Of a stretch of DNA of 64,000 nucleotides, positions 1 through 9,146 are shown one piece after another. The stretch is from Escherichia phage AV112. The notes under the pieces are model-generated. The model had not been told where the DNA came from. It searched no databases and was given only the letters and a program-made list of their open reading frames with translations. The stretch is taken from sequence record OR352942.1; one strand, given 5' to 3'. Every line of letters starts with the position of its first letter. The first letter of the stretch is position 1. The position numbers and the translations under genes were made by a program.

Positions 1-48
1 ATCTCGCGTTAATTGTTGCGATGGTTTTTGCAGGTCTTACTTAAATTA

Positions 49-450
49 TTATAGATTCGGTTTATATGATTTAAATGTTTCGAATTCGCCTTTATTCATA
101 AGAGCTTTGAATTCGTCAGGACGCATAGCTTTGTCGTCGATAATCCAATCATATACTGGTTTATGTGTTAGCAAATTATGGTACTTCAATCCAATGTTTG
201 CCAAGTTCTGAATCAGACTTGGGAGAATGTCAATTGCTATACGACCAGGACCGACTGACTTCATACCACGAGCAGTGTAAAGCGTTATGGTATGCCCTGC
301 ATCATACAGGGCATTAATGGCAGACACCATTTCGACGTCTGGTTTGAAGTTCACGTAATCACGATTGTTATTCCACTCTGTTATACAATCATCGACATCA
401 AAACAAAGATTAAGCATGTTTTTTACACGGGGCATTAGATTCGTTCCCAT
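49..450 (-). CDS. HAD-superfamily phosphatase (small KdsC-like sugar-phosphate phosphatase)
   Basis: Translation has the HAD motif I FDVDDCIT and a C-terminal IIDDK acidic motif; the likely true start is the internal Met of MLNLCFDVDD. It lies in an operon with the isomerase and the NTase/kinase. Confidence 0.6.
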   Translation of the reverse strand: MGTNLMPRVKNMLNLCFDVDDCITEWNNNRDYVNFKPDVEMVSAINALYDAGHTITLYTARGMKSVGPGRIAIDILPSLIQNLANIGLKYHNLLTHKPVYDWIIDDKAMRPDEFKALMNKGEFETFKSYKPNL

Positions 451-2120
451 TGATGAGTGATATCGCCACCGATTGGACGATAGGAAACACCAGTTTCTTT
501 ATCAGTTAGTACCCATTTACCAGGATTTTTTGTAATCAGAGTAGCCGTTACAGGTTCTGCTACGTCATAACTAATAGAGCCGTCCTGAAGTACACGGCCC
601 ATGTTACGTAATTGCTTAGTCAGAAGTTCCATACCTTTATAATATGCGGCTACCGCTTTAAGTGGATTATTCTTGAAATAACCACCTAATGCAATCCAGA
701 TAATTGCCACTGCCAAATGATGATACTCGTTAAACGAACTCATCTTTCCATATTTGTAAACTAATGGATTGATGTTAATAGTCACATTACAAGTTGTTTC
801 ATCAATAGTAAACTGTCCCCAGGTCGGATTAGCGTTGAATTCATCATACCCTGAAACAGCATAAAGCACTTTAGCTTCGTCATACAATTTTGGTCCGTAA
901 ATCTTGGTTTCGCCAAAATATCCACGAGGGTCGATAAACTTGACTTCGCCGTTATCAGTAATCATAGTATTACTGAAGTTCGGGTCACCATGAATAACAG
1001 AGTACTGTCCCTGAGAACGGTTATGATAACGAATAAGGTGTTCTAAAGCTTGTTTCAACATTGGCTTCAGACGCCCAATCTTAGTGTAGTTCACATGTGT
1101 GATTTTACCAAATGAATCAATCAGTGGTTGAATACTTTCACAACGATCAATAACTTTCGTATAGAATTCTTTAGTGAAATCACGACGAACAGTTTCAGGA
1201 CTTACAAAATAAGTGTCTGTGCTGAATTTCAGTGCGTCTAAAATTGCATCAACAATTTGTGGACGAGCAAGACTCGATTTGGATTTAATATATTCAAATG
1301 CTGGCTTACCTTTAATGCGTTCCATTTCAAAGTTATTTTCATTAACAGAAACTAACTGAGGAACTGAATCTGATTTCACTTTAAGATACCATGAAATCTC
1401 ATCTTTCTGAAGAGCTCGGCCCTGTTCGGTTAATGCGAATTTAGTTACAGTTTCTTCACCAATTTCAACGGCATTAAAACTACGATTAAGTTCACGAACT
1501 TCATGAGCTTTTTCAAGTTTAGGCATATCACCTAAATCAATTAGATTCATAAGCTCTGATTTATTGAATGCACTGCCGTAAAGGAATTCTACGAAATCAC
1601 GTCCTTTGCAGTATTCATGAATTTCCTCATCAGTAGAACCCATATAGAATTCCCAGTCTTTGAACTGATAAATTCCTACAACATTACCACCTGTTGAACC
1701 TACGTTAGTGATATTTTCACCGTCGAAATTATATCGACATTCGTCGCCCTTAACATAGATTGCGTTAACATTCCAAGACCACGAACCAAAATCAGGAATA
1801 ATATCACACCAGTTAACAATTACATTATGGCCGTCTAAATCTTTGTGCAATTTAGCAAGAGCATAAGCAGAACCATATGCTTCATCAACTGTACGAATAG
1901 TCACATTGAACCCTTCTTGCTCACAATAAGCTCGAACAGTTTCAGCAAATTTTGAATGAACTACTACAATAATTTCATCTGCGCCAAGGTCAGAATAAAT
2001 TGTATACAAATTGCTCAGAATAGTGTCTTGTTTATAGTTAACAAGCACCTTAGGAATATGATGCGTTATTGGATACAAACGAGTTGCCAGTCCAGCACCA
2101 AGAATAACAGCTTTTTTCAT
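435..2120 (-). CDS. Bifunctional sugar-1-phosphate nucleotidyltransferase (N-terminal) and APH-fold sugar kinase (C-terminal)
   Basis: N-terminus AVILGAGLATRLYPIT resembles the GxGTRL motif of RmlA/GlmU-type NTP transferases. The C-terminal half carries HGDPNFSN and FIDPRG, the catalytic loop and metal-binding motifs of the aminoglycoside/choline/anomeric-sugar kinase fold. Confidence 0.6.
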   Translation of the reverse strand: MKKAVILGAGLATRLYPITHHIPKVLVNYKQDTILSNLYTIYSDLGADEIIVVVHSKFAETVRAYCEQEGFNVTIRTVDEAYGSAYALAKLHKDLDGHNVIVNWCDIIPDFGSWSWNVNAIYVKGDECRYNFDGENITNVGSTGGNVVGIYQFKDWEFYMGSTDEEIHEYCKGRDFVEFLYGSAFNKSELMNLIDLGDMPKLEKAHEVRELNRSFNAVEIGEETVTKFALTEQGRALQKDEISWYLKVKSDSVPQLVSVNENNFEMERIKGKPAFEYIKSKSSLARPQIVDAILDALKFSTDTYFVSPETVRRDFTKEFYTKVIDRCESIQPLIDSFGKITHVNYTKIGRLKPMLKQALEHLIRYHNRSQGQYSVIHGDPNFSNTMITDNGEVKFIDPRGYFGETKIYGPKLYDEAKVLYAVSGYDEFNANPTWGQFTIDETTCNVTININPLVYKYGKMSSFNEYHHLAVAIIWIALGGYFKNNPLKAVAAYYKGMELLTKQLRNMGRVLQDGSISYDVAEPVTATLITKNPGKWVLTDKETGVSYRPIGGDITHQWERI

Positions 2121-2161
2121 GTTGTGGTCCTCATTGGTAAGTAGGAGTATTGTACACTATT

Positions 2162-2305
2162 CTAGTTAAAGCATTCATACTTTGCTTGTAGTCCAATCAT
2201 AATCCATCCGATTATAAGAGTCGGAATCATTACTGGAGCCGTTAAGCTCCAGTAGATAGTCATGACAAGCATCAATAGTAAAAGTCCTATTGTTATTGCT
2301 TTCAT
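2162..2305 (-). CDS. Small hydrophobic protein, 47 aa (below the ORF-track cut-off)
   Basis: Manual translation gives MKAITIGLLLLMLVMTIYWSLTAPVMIPTLIIGWIMIGLQAKYECFN. Its ATG overlaps the TGA of the isomerase gene (ATGA), with a GAGG box upstream. Confidence 0.3.
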   Translation of the reverse strand: MKAITIGLLLLMLVMTIYWSLTAPVMIPTLIIGWIMIGLQAKYECFN

Positions 2306-2937
2306 TGTTCGCCTCGTAACATGGCACCTAGTGCACCGCCAGGGTGGAACTTAAGGAAGTCATTAGAGGTAAATCCACGTTCAGACGAAAGGTTGATAGC
2401 AAACGTATCGATAAGCGCTAACAACAATGTAGTGGACATGGTCGGAGCCAGAGAATTCTCATCAACCTCTACTGCGATGCCTGTACAGAACGTATAATCA
2501 AAAAGAGCTTCGTATTCTTGTGGAATGTCCGGGTTACAATGCAACAGAATCTGTTTGACGTTCGGACGAATCATTTTAAGATGCTTAGCCACGCCTATCA
2601 TTTCTTCAGTTTTACCAGAACGACTAATATGAATCAACACATCATTAGGCGCAATGAATCCTGCATCACCGTGAGAATAATGTCCAGTGTTCAAGTACAT
2701 ACTCGGGATACCGAGTGAAGCAAATGTCTCAGAAGCTTTAGTTGCAATATTAGCATTCTTACCAACACCTGTAATAATTACTCGGCTTTCATAATTACTA
2801 AGTCCAGGACGTCGAAGAGTTTCTAGAATAGCATTATAACGAGCAGGGTTTTGACTAATTACTTTGGCCATAGCGGCCAAAGAAGAAGCTTGTTTTATGA
2901 TTGCGTCAATAGCGATAGTAATAGGAGTAGTTTTCAT
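2302..2937 (-). CDS. SIS-domain sugar-phosphate isomerase (arabinose-5-phosphate isomerase KdsD/GutQ-like)
   Basis: Contains the SIS signature HISRSGKTEE and the overall SIS-domain pattern; it sits directly downstream of gene 43, where T4 carries imm, 42 and beta-gt. Confidence 0.6.
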   Translation of the reverse strand: MKTTPITIAIDAIIKQASSLAAMAKVISQNPARYNAILETLRRPGLSNYESRVIITGVGKNANIATKASETFASLGIPSMYLNTGHYSHGDAGFIAPNDVLIHISRSGKTEEMIGVAKHLKMIRPNVKQILLHCNPDIPQEYEALFDYTFCTGIAVEVDENSLAPTMSTTLLLALIDTFAINLSSERGFTSNDFLKFHPGGALGAMLRGEQ

Positions 2938-2977
2938 ATTTCTCTCATTTAATTAGTTTGCCGTCCATGTCATTATA

Positions 2978-5689
2978 TCAAAAATCGAACATATCGAACA
3001 GAGATGCTTTCTTCTCGTAATCGAGTTTCGCTGCTGATGTGAATCCTTCAAGTGGTTTAATAAATGTCTTCTCAAGGAGAACAGTGTAGTCCATCCAATG
3101 AAGTACGTCGTCTTTAATTAAATCTGTGATTTCAGTACCAGAAGGCCATGCGATACATTTATCACCGAATGGGTTTCCTTCACGTAAAGGCAGAACATAT
3201 ACTTTTTCACCTTCTACAACTTGTGGTGCATCGATATTACCTTTGATAGCACGGTTATACGTCAGAATTCCACGAATATGGAATGGGCATTTAGGACCAG
3301 GGAATCCACCTACATCATATTTAGCAATGTTATTCGCAGAAGATACTGACGCGATGCTAATATAATTCAATTGACGGAATTCTTTTTCAAACTCTTTAAA
3401 ATATTCTTGTAATGATTCTTCGCCTTCCTGAAGCATACGACGAATACATTCTTTAAGAGCTTTCTGTACTGCTTTAGGAGTCGAAGATTTCTGAGTCTCT
3501 AGACCCATGATTTTGAGTTTAGGCTCAGCGTATCTGGTTCCTTCCATATCCCACACGTTTAATGCATAACGTTTCTTACCAGTCCAGAATCCACCAATAC
3601 CTTTAGAACCGAGTGGAGGCCCAGCGATAGCTTCTCGGTCCATGAACATTAAGTGTTGTTTATTGTTCATGTATTCACACATTTCACGGAAACCTCTATC
3701 AATAGCTGGTTCCATACGTTCACGTGCAAACTTATCTAAGAAGTCTACCCAATGGTTGGTATCACGGAATTTAGATTCACCAACCTTATCGATAATTTTA
3801 TCAGCAGATACGTAAATAGAGTCTGTATCACCATAAAGAACGAAAGCTTCACCTTCTGTGCCACAAACTTCATTCAGATATTCATTAACTTTACGTTCAA
3901 TCCACTGTAAAGCCATTTGCCCGAATGTTGTGATTGCAGTAGCATTACGCAAATCGTAATAACGGAACCAAACGTTGCCAAGTGCACCATAAAGTGAGTT
4001 GATAAGCAATTTACGGTTAATTTGGGCAGTCATACCTGCAACTTCAGTACGTTGAGCTCTAAACAACATTTCATTAAGAGATTTAGCAGACAACTTTTTA
4101 ATCTTTTCTTTAATCTCATCACTGAAGTCGAAACGATAATCAACATCTAATGGTTCGTCAACAGAAAGATTAGGATTATGCAATGCCTCTTTAATTATTT
4201 CACCATTACGTTGAGCTGCAAGCATGTAACCTTTATGTTCTTTACGTTGATTAAAGACCTTAGTGATTTCAGTTGGAACAACACCGTCACGGTCTTTATA
4301 ATACATCATGCCGTTAGGAGAACAACTGTACACATCAGAAGGACGTTCAGCAACAGCGTTAATATAATCATGTAATGGAGCTACTTTAAACGTTCCTGCT
4401 ATTGTTTCTGGGCTAATATTCACTTGGCGAATAATACTTGGATACAGAGATGTAAGGTCGAAACTCATTACATATTTGTATCGATTTGGAATAGGTTCCT
4501 TAACAAAAGCGCCGGGATAAGGTTGAACCGGATGAGAACGACCTTGTGGAATCACCTTGTTCTGCTCTTTAAGGCTATTAAAAATAATAGCATCCCATGT
4601 TTTAATTGGGCTAAACACAGATTGAATCTGTATCTTAGCATAATAACCCATGTCCAAACTCAAGTTGATGAACTGACGTTTAGCATCAATTTGCAATACA
4701 CGATACACGTCGATAATGTTATAAGAAATATATCGTTGGTGATTGCTTTCACGAAGCTTAGAAATAGGGCCGTCATATTTCAGTTTACCAACGTTCAATT
4801 CAAATTCTGAAATGTAATCCAGAGAATACGACGGTTGATTGGTAAAAGAGAATTTTTTGTAAAGGTCAATGTAATCAAGAACAGAGATACCGAACAATGT
4901 AATGATTTCACGAGAACCATACATGTTTTCGATAACTTTAACACGAGTTTTACGATGTGGTGATAAACGTTTCGCAGTAGATTCGCCAAAAATATTCTTG
5001 ATTCGGTTATACACATATGGAATATCAAATGACTCAACGTTCCATCCAGTCAAAATGACAGGAGTTTTCTGTTGCCAGAAGTTGAGATATTCCATCAACA
5101 ATTCTTTTTCGTTATCGAACGGCATATAAATGATTTTATCGATAATTTCGGATGGGACTTCATCACCGCCTTGTTCTTGAAGCTTAGCCGCAATTTCGAT
5201 AGACCATTCTTCCACATTCCCGTATGGAGAATTCAAAAGGTCAAATACGTAGAACCTGTCGTCAATTGAGTCATAATGAGTGATAGCATCAATCGGATGT
5301 TTTGCTTGTGACGGCTCAGGGAACCCGTCTGGAGATGTTACTTCGATGTCGAAGTTAGCCACACGAATTTTTGTATGGTCGTATTTGATTTCATAGTTAT
5401 AAGTGTCAGACAAATACGCCAATTTGAAATCGTCCATGCCAAGTGCTTCAAGTCCGATATCTTCCATGCGTTTAATCCATTGGGAGGCATCACGCATATT
5501 GGCGAACAACTTACGAGTACACGGCTTACCGTAGATATCGAAATATTTCGTAGCCTGACTTTCCGGACAATGAGCAAACAGTGATGGTTTATATTCTACT
5601 TCACGAGTACGTTCACGGCCGTTAGAATCGATGTAACGTTCAAAAATTGAATCACCAATCTGTTCAACCGTTAAGTAAAATTCTTTCAT
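2978..5689 (-). CDS. 43: DNA polymerase gp43 (family B)
   Basis: 903 aa, starting MKEFYLTVEQIGDSIFERYIDSNGRERTREVEYKPSLFAH; collinear with recalled T4/RB69 gp43, with exonuclease and polymerase motifs such as YGDTDS. Confidence 0.97.
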   Translation of the reverse strand: MKEFYLTVEQIGDSIFERYIDSNGRERTREVEYKPSLFAHCPESQATKYFDIYGKPCTRKLFANMRDASQWIKRMEDIGLEALGMDDFKLAYLSDTYNYEIKYDHTKIRVANFDIEVTSPDGFPEPSQAKHPIDAITHYDSIDDRFYVFDLLNSPYGNVEEWSIEIAAKLQEQGGDEVPSEIIDKIIYMPFDNEKELLMEYLNFWQQKTPVILTGWNVESFDIPYVYNRIKNIFGESTAKRLSPHRKTRVKVIENMYGSREIITLFGISVLDYIDLYKKFSFTNQPSYSLDYISEFELNVGKLKYDGPISKLRESNHQRYISYNIIDVYRVLQIDAKRQFINLSLDMGYYAKIQIQSVFSPIKTWDAIIFNSLKEQNKVIPQGRSHPVQPYPGAFVKEPIPNRYKYVMSFDLTSLYPSIIRQVNISPETIAGTFKVAPLHDYINAVAERPSDVYSCSPNGMMYYKDRDGVVPTEITKVFNQRKEHKGYMLAAQRNGEIIKEALHNPNLSVDEPLDVDYRFDFSDEIKEKIKKLSAKSLNEMLFRAQRTEVAGMTAQINRKLLINSLYGALGNVWFRYYDLRNATAITTFGQMALQWIERKVNEYLNEVCGTEGEAFVLYGDTDSIYVSADKIIDKVGESKFRDTNHWVDFLDKFARERMEPAIDRGFREMCEYMNNKQHLMFMDREAIAGPPLGSKGIGGFWTGKKRYALNVWDMEGTRYAEPKLKIMGLETQKSSTPKAVQKALKECIRRMLQEGEESLQEYFKEFEKEFRQLNYISIASVSSANNIAKYDVGGFPGPKCPFHIRGILTYNRAIKGNIDAPQVVEGEKVYVLPLREGNPFGDKCIAWPSGTEITDLIKDDVLHWMDYTVLLEKTFIKPLEGFTSAAKLDYEKKASLFDMFDF

Positions 5690-5770
5690 TTAATTTCCTT
5701 TAGACGAGTTATTGTCTTTTGTTTGTTGATGAACTTATTATACTCCAAATGGGACCGAAGTCCCATTGCT

Positions 5771-6139
5771 TTAATTACCAATTGTATATTTTGCTTTCAA
5801 AGTCCAGTCATCTTTCTGTTTAAAAGAGATAACACGGAAGTTATTAGTCAGACCAAACAGATCTTCACGAGCAGAGTCTTCAATAACAATCAATCCCCAG
5901 TCTTCAAGCAACTGAGCAATCGAATCACGTCGCTGATAGTCTTCACCATCAATATCAACCTGACGTCCATCCATACGCAGCATTTCTTTAAAGTGGACGA
6001 TATAGTATTTACCTTGCTTTTGGAGGATATGACAAGACTGGTAAAGGACTTTATCCTTGTTATTAGCGATGCCCATACGGGTCAAAGTCTCTTTGACTTT
6101 CAGAAAATCTTCAGGGTTCTTCAATTTAATTTCAATCAT
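5771..6139 (-). CDS. regA: Translational repressor RegA
   Basis: 122 aa; near-identical over long stretches to recalled T4 RegA (KETLTRMGIANNKDKVLYQSCHIL...NNFRVISFKQK). Confidence 0.92.
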   Translation of the reverse strand: MIEIKLKNPEDFLKVKETLTRMGIANNKDKVLYQSCHILQKQGKYYIVHFKEMLRMDGRQVDIDGEDYQRRDSIAQLLEDWGLIVIEDSAREDLFGLTNNFRVISFKQKDDWTLKAKYTIGN

Positions 6140-6142
6140 TTT

Positions 6143-6706
6143 TTACCATTCCAATGCTATTTTTTTAAATTGTTTTTGTTCTTTCACATTTTTTGTAACT
6201 TCTTTGAGAAACTCATCAGTGACCATGGCCTTCAGTTCTTTAAGGACTATTGGCAACTTGTTATTTTTTTCAAGGAGCCGCTTATACTCAGTAGCATCAT
6301 TCATGTTTATTGTGTAATGTTTCATCAACAGTTTGATAACTAGTAACTCTGAAGTGTCTTCGACTAGTTTAGCCCATTTAGAGAATCGACGACCACGCGG
6401 AATTGCCGCCATCATATAGTTGAAGTGCGCTTCATCACTTAATTCAGAACCGACTAAGTTCATCATGTAAACAGCTGGCATACATTCTGGGAACTGGGAT
6501 AATGAGTTCTCAACCATAAATTTTGAGTAGTCGACCTGAGCAATTGACATAGATTTCTTTTCATTAATAGCATTAATGATTTTAAAGAATTCGTTCTCAG
6601 GTTTTTCTTTAAACATATCAGCACATTTTTGAATCGCATCAGCGTCATTAGACTTCCATGCAATTTGGTGCTCGTTAAGCCGGACGTCATCATCGAATAA
6701 GTTCAT
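6143..6706 (-). CDS. 62: Clamp-loader small subunit gp62
   Basis: 187 aa, the same length and position as T4 gp62, between regA and 44. Confidence 0.88.
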   Translation of the reverse strand: MNLFDDDVRLNEHQIAWKSNDADAIQKCADMFKEKPENEFFKIINAINEKKSMSIAQVDYSKFMVENSLSQFPECMPAVYMMNLVGSELSDEAHFNYMMAAIPRGRRFSKWAKLVEDTSELLVIKLLMKHYTINMNDATEYKRLLEKNNKLPIVLKELKAMVTDEFLKEVTKNVKEQKQFKKIALEW

Positions 6707-6707
6707 A

Positions 6708-7670
6708 TTATTTCCAAGTCAGTTCGCATGTCAGTTGAAGAAGCATATACATAACATGTAATTCAATATTACTTGCTAATCCATGAAACTTATTGTTTTC
6801 GCCTGCAATTTCATAAAGCGAAATAATACTTTTACCAGGTGCAACTTGGTCATAACATTCTGAAACTAATTTATCGATGAACCATGAATAATCTGCGGCA
6901 TATTTTGGAGCTAATGCACGAAGCTGTTTGATATCTTTGTTCTTCATTGCTTCGATAACATCAGAGACTGTGCCACGGTCATTAGTTACGATAGACAAAA
7001 TACCCGCATCAAGAACACCTTTAGACGAGTACTGGTCTAATTGGCCAATTGTGCGACGAAAGTCCGGGAAGTTCTTTTTAACCAGAGCTGCAACAACTTT
7101 CATATCAGCGATTTCGATATTTTCGTTCTTACAAATTTCAACCATACGATGAATCATTTTCTTCATCATCGATATTTTATCTTCTTCGGTTGGACGTCCG
7201 AATTCGATAACTCGACAACGACTACGTAATGGTTCAATAATTCCATCGATGTTGTTAGCAGTAATAATAATAGAGCAGTTACTAGAGAATTCTTCCATAA
7301 ACGTACGAAGGTGACGTTGTGATTCGGCGAGGCCACTACGGTCAAATTCATCAATAACAATAACTTTCGGCTTGCCTTCCATTGAGACTGAACGAGCGAA
7401 TGCGGTTAACGGTCCCCGTACAAAATCAATCTTACAATCAGAACCGTTGACGAACATCATTTCGGCATTGATATCATTACATAATGCTTTTGCTACGGTT
7501 GTTTTACCTGTACCAGGAGAAGGAGAGTGCAAAATAATATGAGGAAGTTTTCCTTTAGATACTAAAGACTTGAATGTTTCATGGTCATACGCAGGCAGAA
7601 TACATTCGTCAATGGAAGAAGGACGATATTTCTGTTCTAGAATGTGTTCTTTGGAATTGATAGTAATCAT
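6708..7670 (-). CDS. 44: Clamp-loader ATPase gp44
   Basis: 320 aa; Walker [11 protein letters not shown] and Walker B VIVIDEFD; collinear with recalled T4 gp44. Confidence 0.95.
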   Translation of the reverse strand: MITINSKEHILEQKYRPSSIDECILPAYDHETFKSLVSKGKLPHIILHSPSPGTGKTTVAKALCNDINAEMMFVNGSDCKIDFVRGPLTAFARSVSMEGKPKVIVIDEFDRSGLAESQRHLRTFMEEFSSNCSIIITANNIDGIIEPLRSRCRVIEFGRPTEEDKISMMKKMIHRMVEICKNENIEIADMKVVAALVKKNFPDFRRTIGQLDQYSSKGVLDAGILSIVTNDRGTVSDVIEAMKNKDIKQLRALAPKYAADYSWFIDKLVSECYDQVAPGKSIISLYEIAGENNKFHGLASNIELHVMYMLLQLTCELTWK

Positions 7671-7745
7671 GTAATTTTCCTCATTAACATTAAACTGGAG
7701 GATTTCTCCTCCATAATCATATCACAATAAACGTAAAGCTTTGAC

Positions 7746-8432
7746 TTAGAAGTCGTGAGTAGAATCGGCTTCCATAGCAATAACATAACTTACTTGAGAG
7801 CTTTCAAACTTGGCTGCAACTTTATCACCAGCTCCCCACAACATTACTTTATAGTTACCTGGCTGGATTTTCATATTAGCCATATTGATTACGAAGTTAA
7901 AATTGTTAGAACCGTCATAATCGGTAAGAGTCAAAGAATACTTAGGACGAGTTAGTCCAGAATCTTCAACTTTATTATAGCCATTGATAACAATTTTACC
8001 ATCTTTATTTGTAATAGCAATTGTATCAATCTGAAGACCACGTGAAACTCGAAGCAATTGTTGAAGGTCTTCAGCTTTAATTTCAGTAATCACAGAAGCC
8101 ACTGGGAATTGAATTGGTTTATTAGGAAAAACAATGGTGCTCTTGTCAGCGGCAGGCCAATAAACCGTGGAACGTGTATCTGCAATTTTAATATTACCAT
8201 CGGTGTGCATTGAAATTTCAGCATCATCAGACACTAGACTCAAAATGCTTAAGAAGCTATTCAAATCATAAAGTGCTACGTCAAAATCAATTTCATCGGA
8301 GATATTTGCTTCCGCATAAGTGGTGCCATTAACTGCACGAGTCATAATAAATTTACCTTGACTCAGCAGAATGCCGGAGTTAATAGAGGCAAAGTTTTTC
8401 AGAATAGCGATAGTATCTTTAGACAGTTTCAT
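7746..8432 (-). CDS. 45: Sliding clamp gp45
   Basis: Start trimmed to MKLSKDTIAILKNF (228 aa), which matches the recalled T4 gp45 N-terminus; the ORF track's upstream Met adds 5 residues. Confidence 0.93.
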   Translation of the reverse strand: MKLSKDTIAILKNFASINSGILLSQGKFIMTRAVNGTTYAEANISDEIDFDVALYDLNSFLSILSLVSDDAEISMHTDGNIKIADTRSTVYWPAADKSTIVFPNKPIQFPVASVITEIKAEDLQQLLRVSRGLQIDTIAITNKDGKIVINGYNKVEDSGLTRPKYSLTLTDYDGSNNFNFVINMANMKIQPGNYKVMLWGAGDKVAAKFESSQVSYVIAMEADSTHDF

Positions 8433-8474
8433 TTTATTTCCTTTCAAGACAATTCAAAGTTTATAACAAATTTA

Positions 8475-8891
8475 TTACGCAGCAACCATTTGCTTTTTAA
8501 TAGCTTCAGGCAGTGATTCAATATATTCTGGAATTTTAGAAGCAACAATTTCGCCAGCTGCAATTAGTTGTTCGTCGGCATCAACACAGTAGAAATCTTC
8601 CAGACGCTCAGAACCATCTTTATCAAGAACGATTTTTCCGCCGGCTTCAATAGAATCTTTATAGTGCTTACGCATCAGATGAATCCACATATCAGATACA
8701 TCATTATCAATAAAACCATAAATCATAAAACGAGTTTCTTGTGGCAAAGATTGGAGTTTTTTAGCACTTGCGTCATCACAATGCAGGACCCATGCTTTAC
8801 GAACACGATTATGGTTATGTGGGTTAGCGTCAGTACGGATAGAAGTAACTTTCAGATCAGCAGCGGTGAAACCTTTAGCAGTAGTAAACAT
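8475..8891 (-). CDS. rpbA: RNA polymerase-binding protein RpbA (by position)
   Basis: 138 aa ORF in the T4 rpbA position between 45 and 46; identity rests on synteny only. Confidence 0.55.
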   Translation of the reverse strand: MFTTAKGFTAADLKVTSIRTDANPHNHNRVRKAWVLHCDDASAKKLQSLPQETRFMIYGFIDNDVSDMWIHLMRKHYKDSIEAGGKIVLDKDGSERLEDFYCVDADEQLIAAGEIVASKIPEYIESLPEAIKKQMVAA

Positions 8892-8903
8892 ATTATTTCT
8901 CTC

Positions 8904-9104
8904 TTATTCGTAGAAGTCGGTAACTGTCCATGCGGAATTGCGATTAGACATTATTTTATTATACTCATCTTTAAAAGCAGATTTGAGCATTTGTTCAGTA
9001 ACAATATGTTCTTCACCTGAAAACGTATTGGTCAAAACATATTTTTTAATTTCAGGGACAACGAGAAGATGTTGGCCGGTTGAATACTCCATGTTGTTCT
9101 CCAT
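8904..9104 (-). CDS. Hypothetical protein (T4 45.2 position)
   Basis: 66 aa ORF between rpbA and 46. Confidence 0.45.
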   Translation of the reverse strand: MENNMEYSTGQHLLVVPEIKKYVLTNTFSGEEHIVTEQMLKSAFKDEYNKIMSNRNSAWTVTDFYE

Positions 9105-9146
9105 TTAATTTGATGTGGTCATTATAACCACATCTTGTTAAAGCGT

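Noticed and set aside
4424-4810. 128-aa plus-strand ORF and other plus-strand ORFs between 3126 and 5584
   Set aside because: All lie antisense within the DNA polymerase gene 43.
5723-6343. 206-aa plus-strand ORF
   Set aside because: It is antisense to regA and gene 62, which are confidently identified; the translation is Phe/Leu/Ile-rich low complexity.
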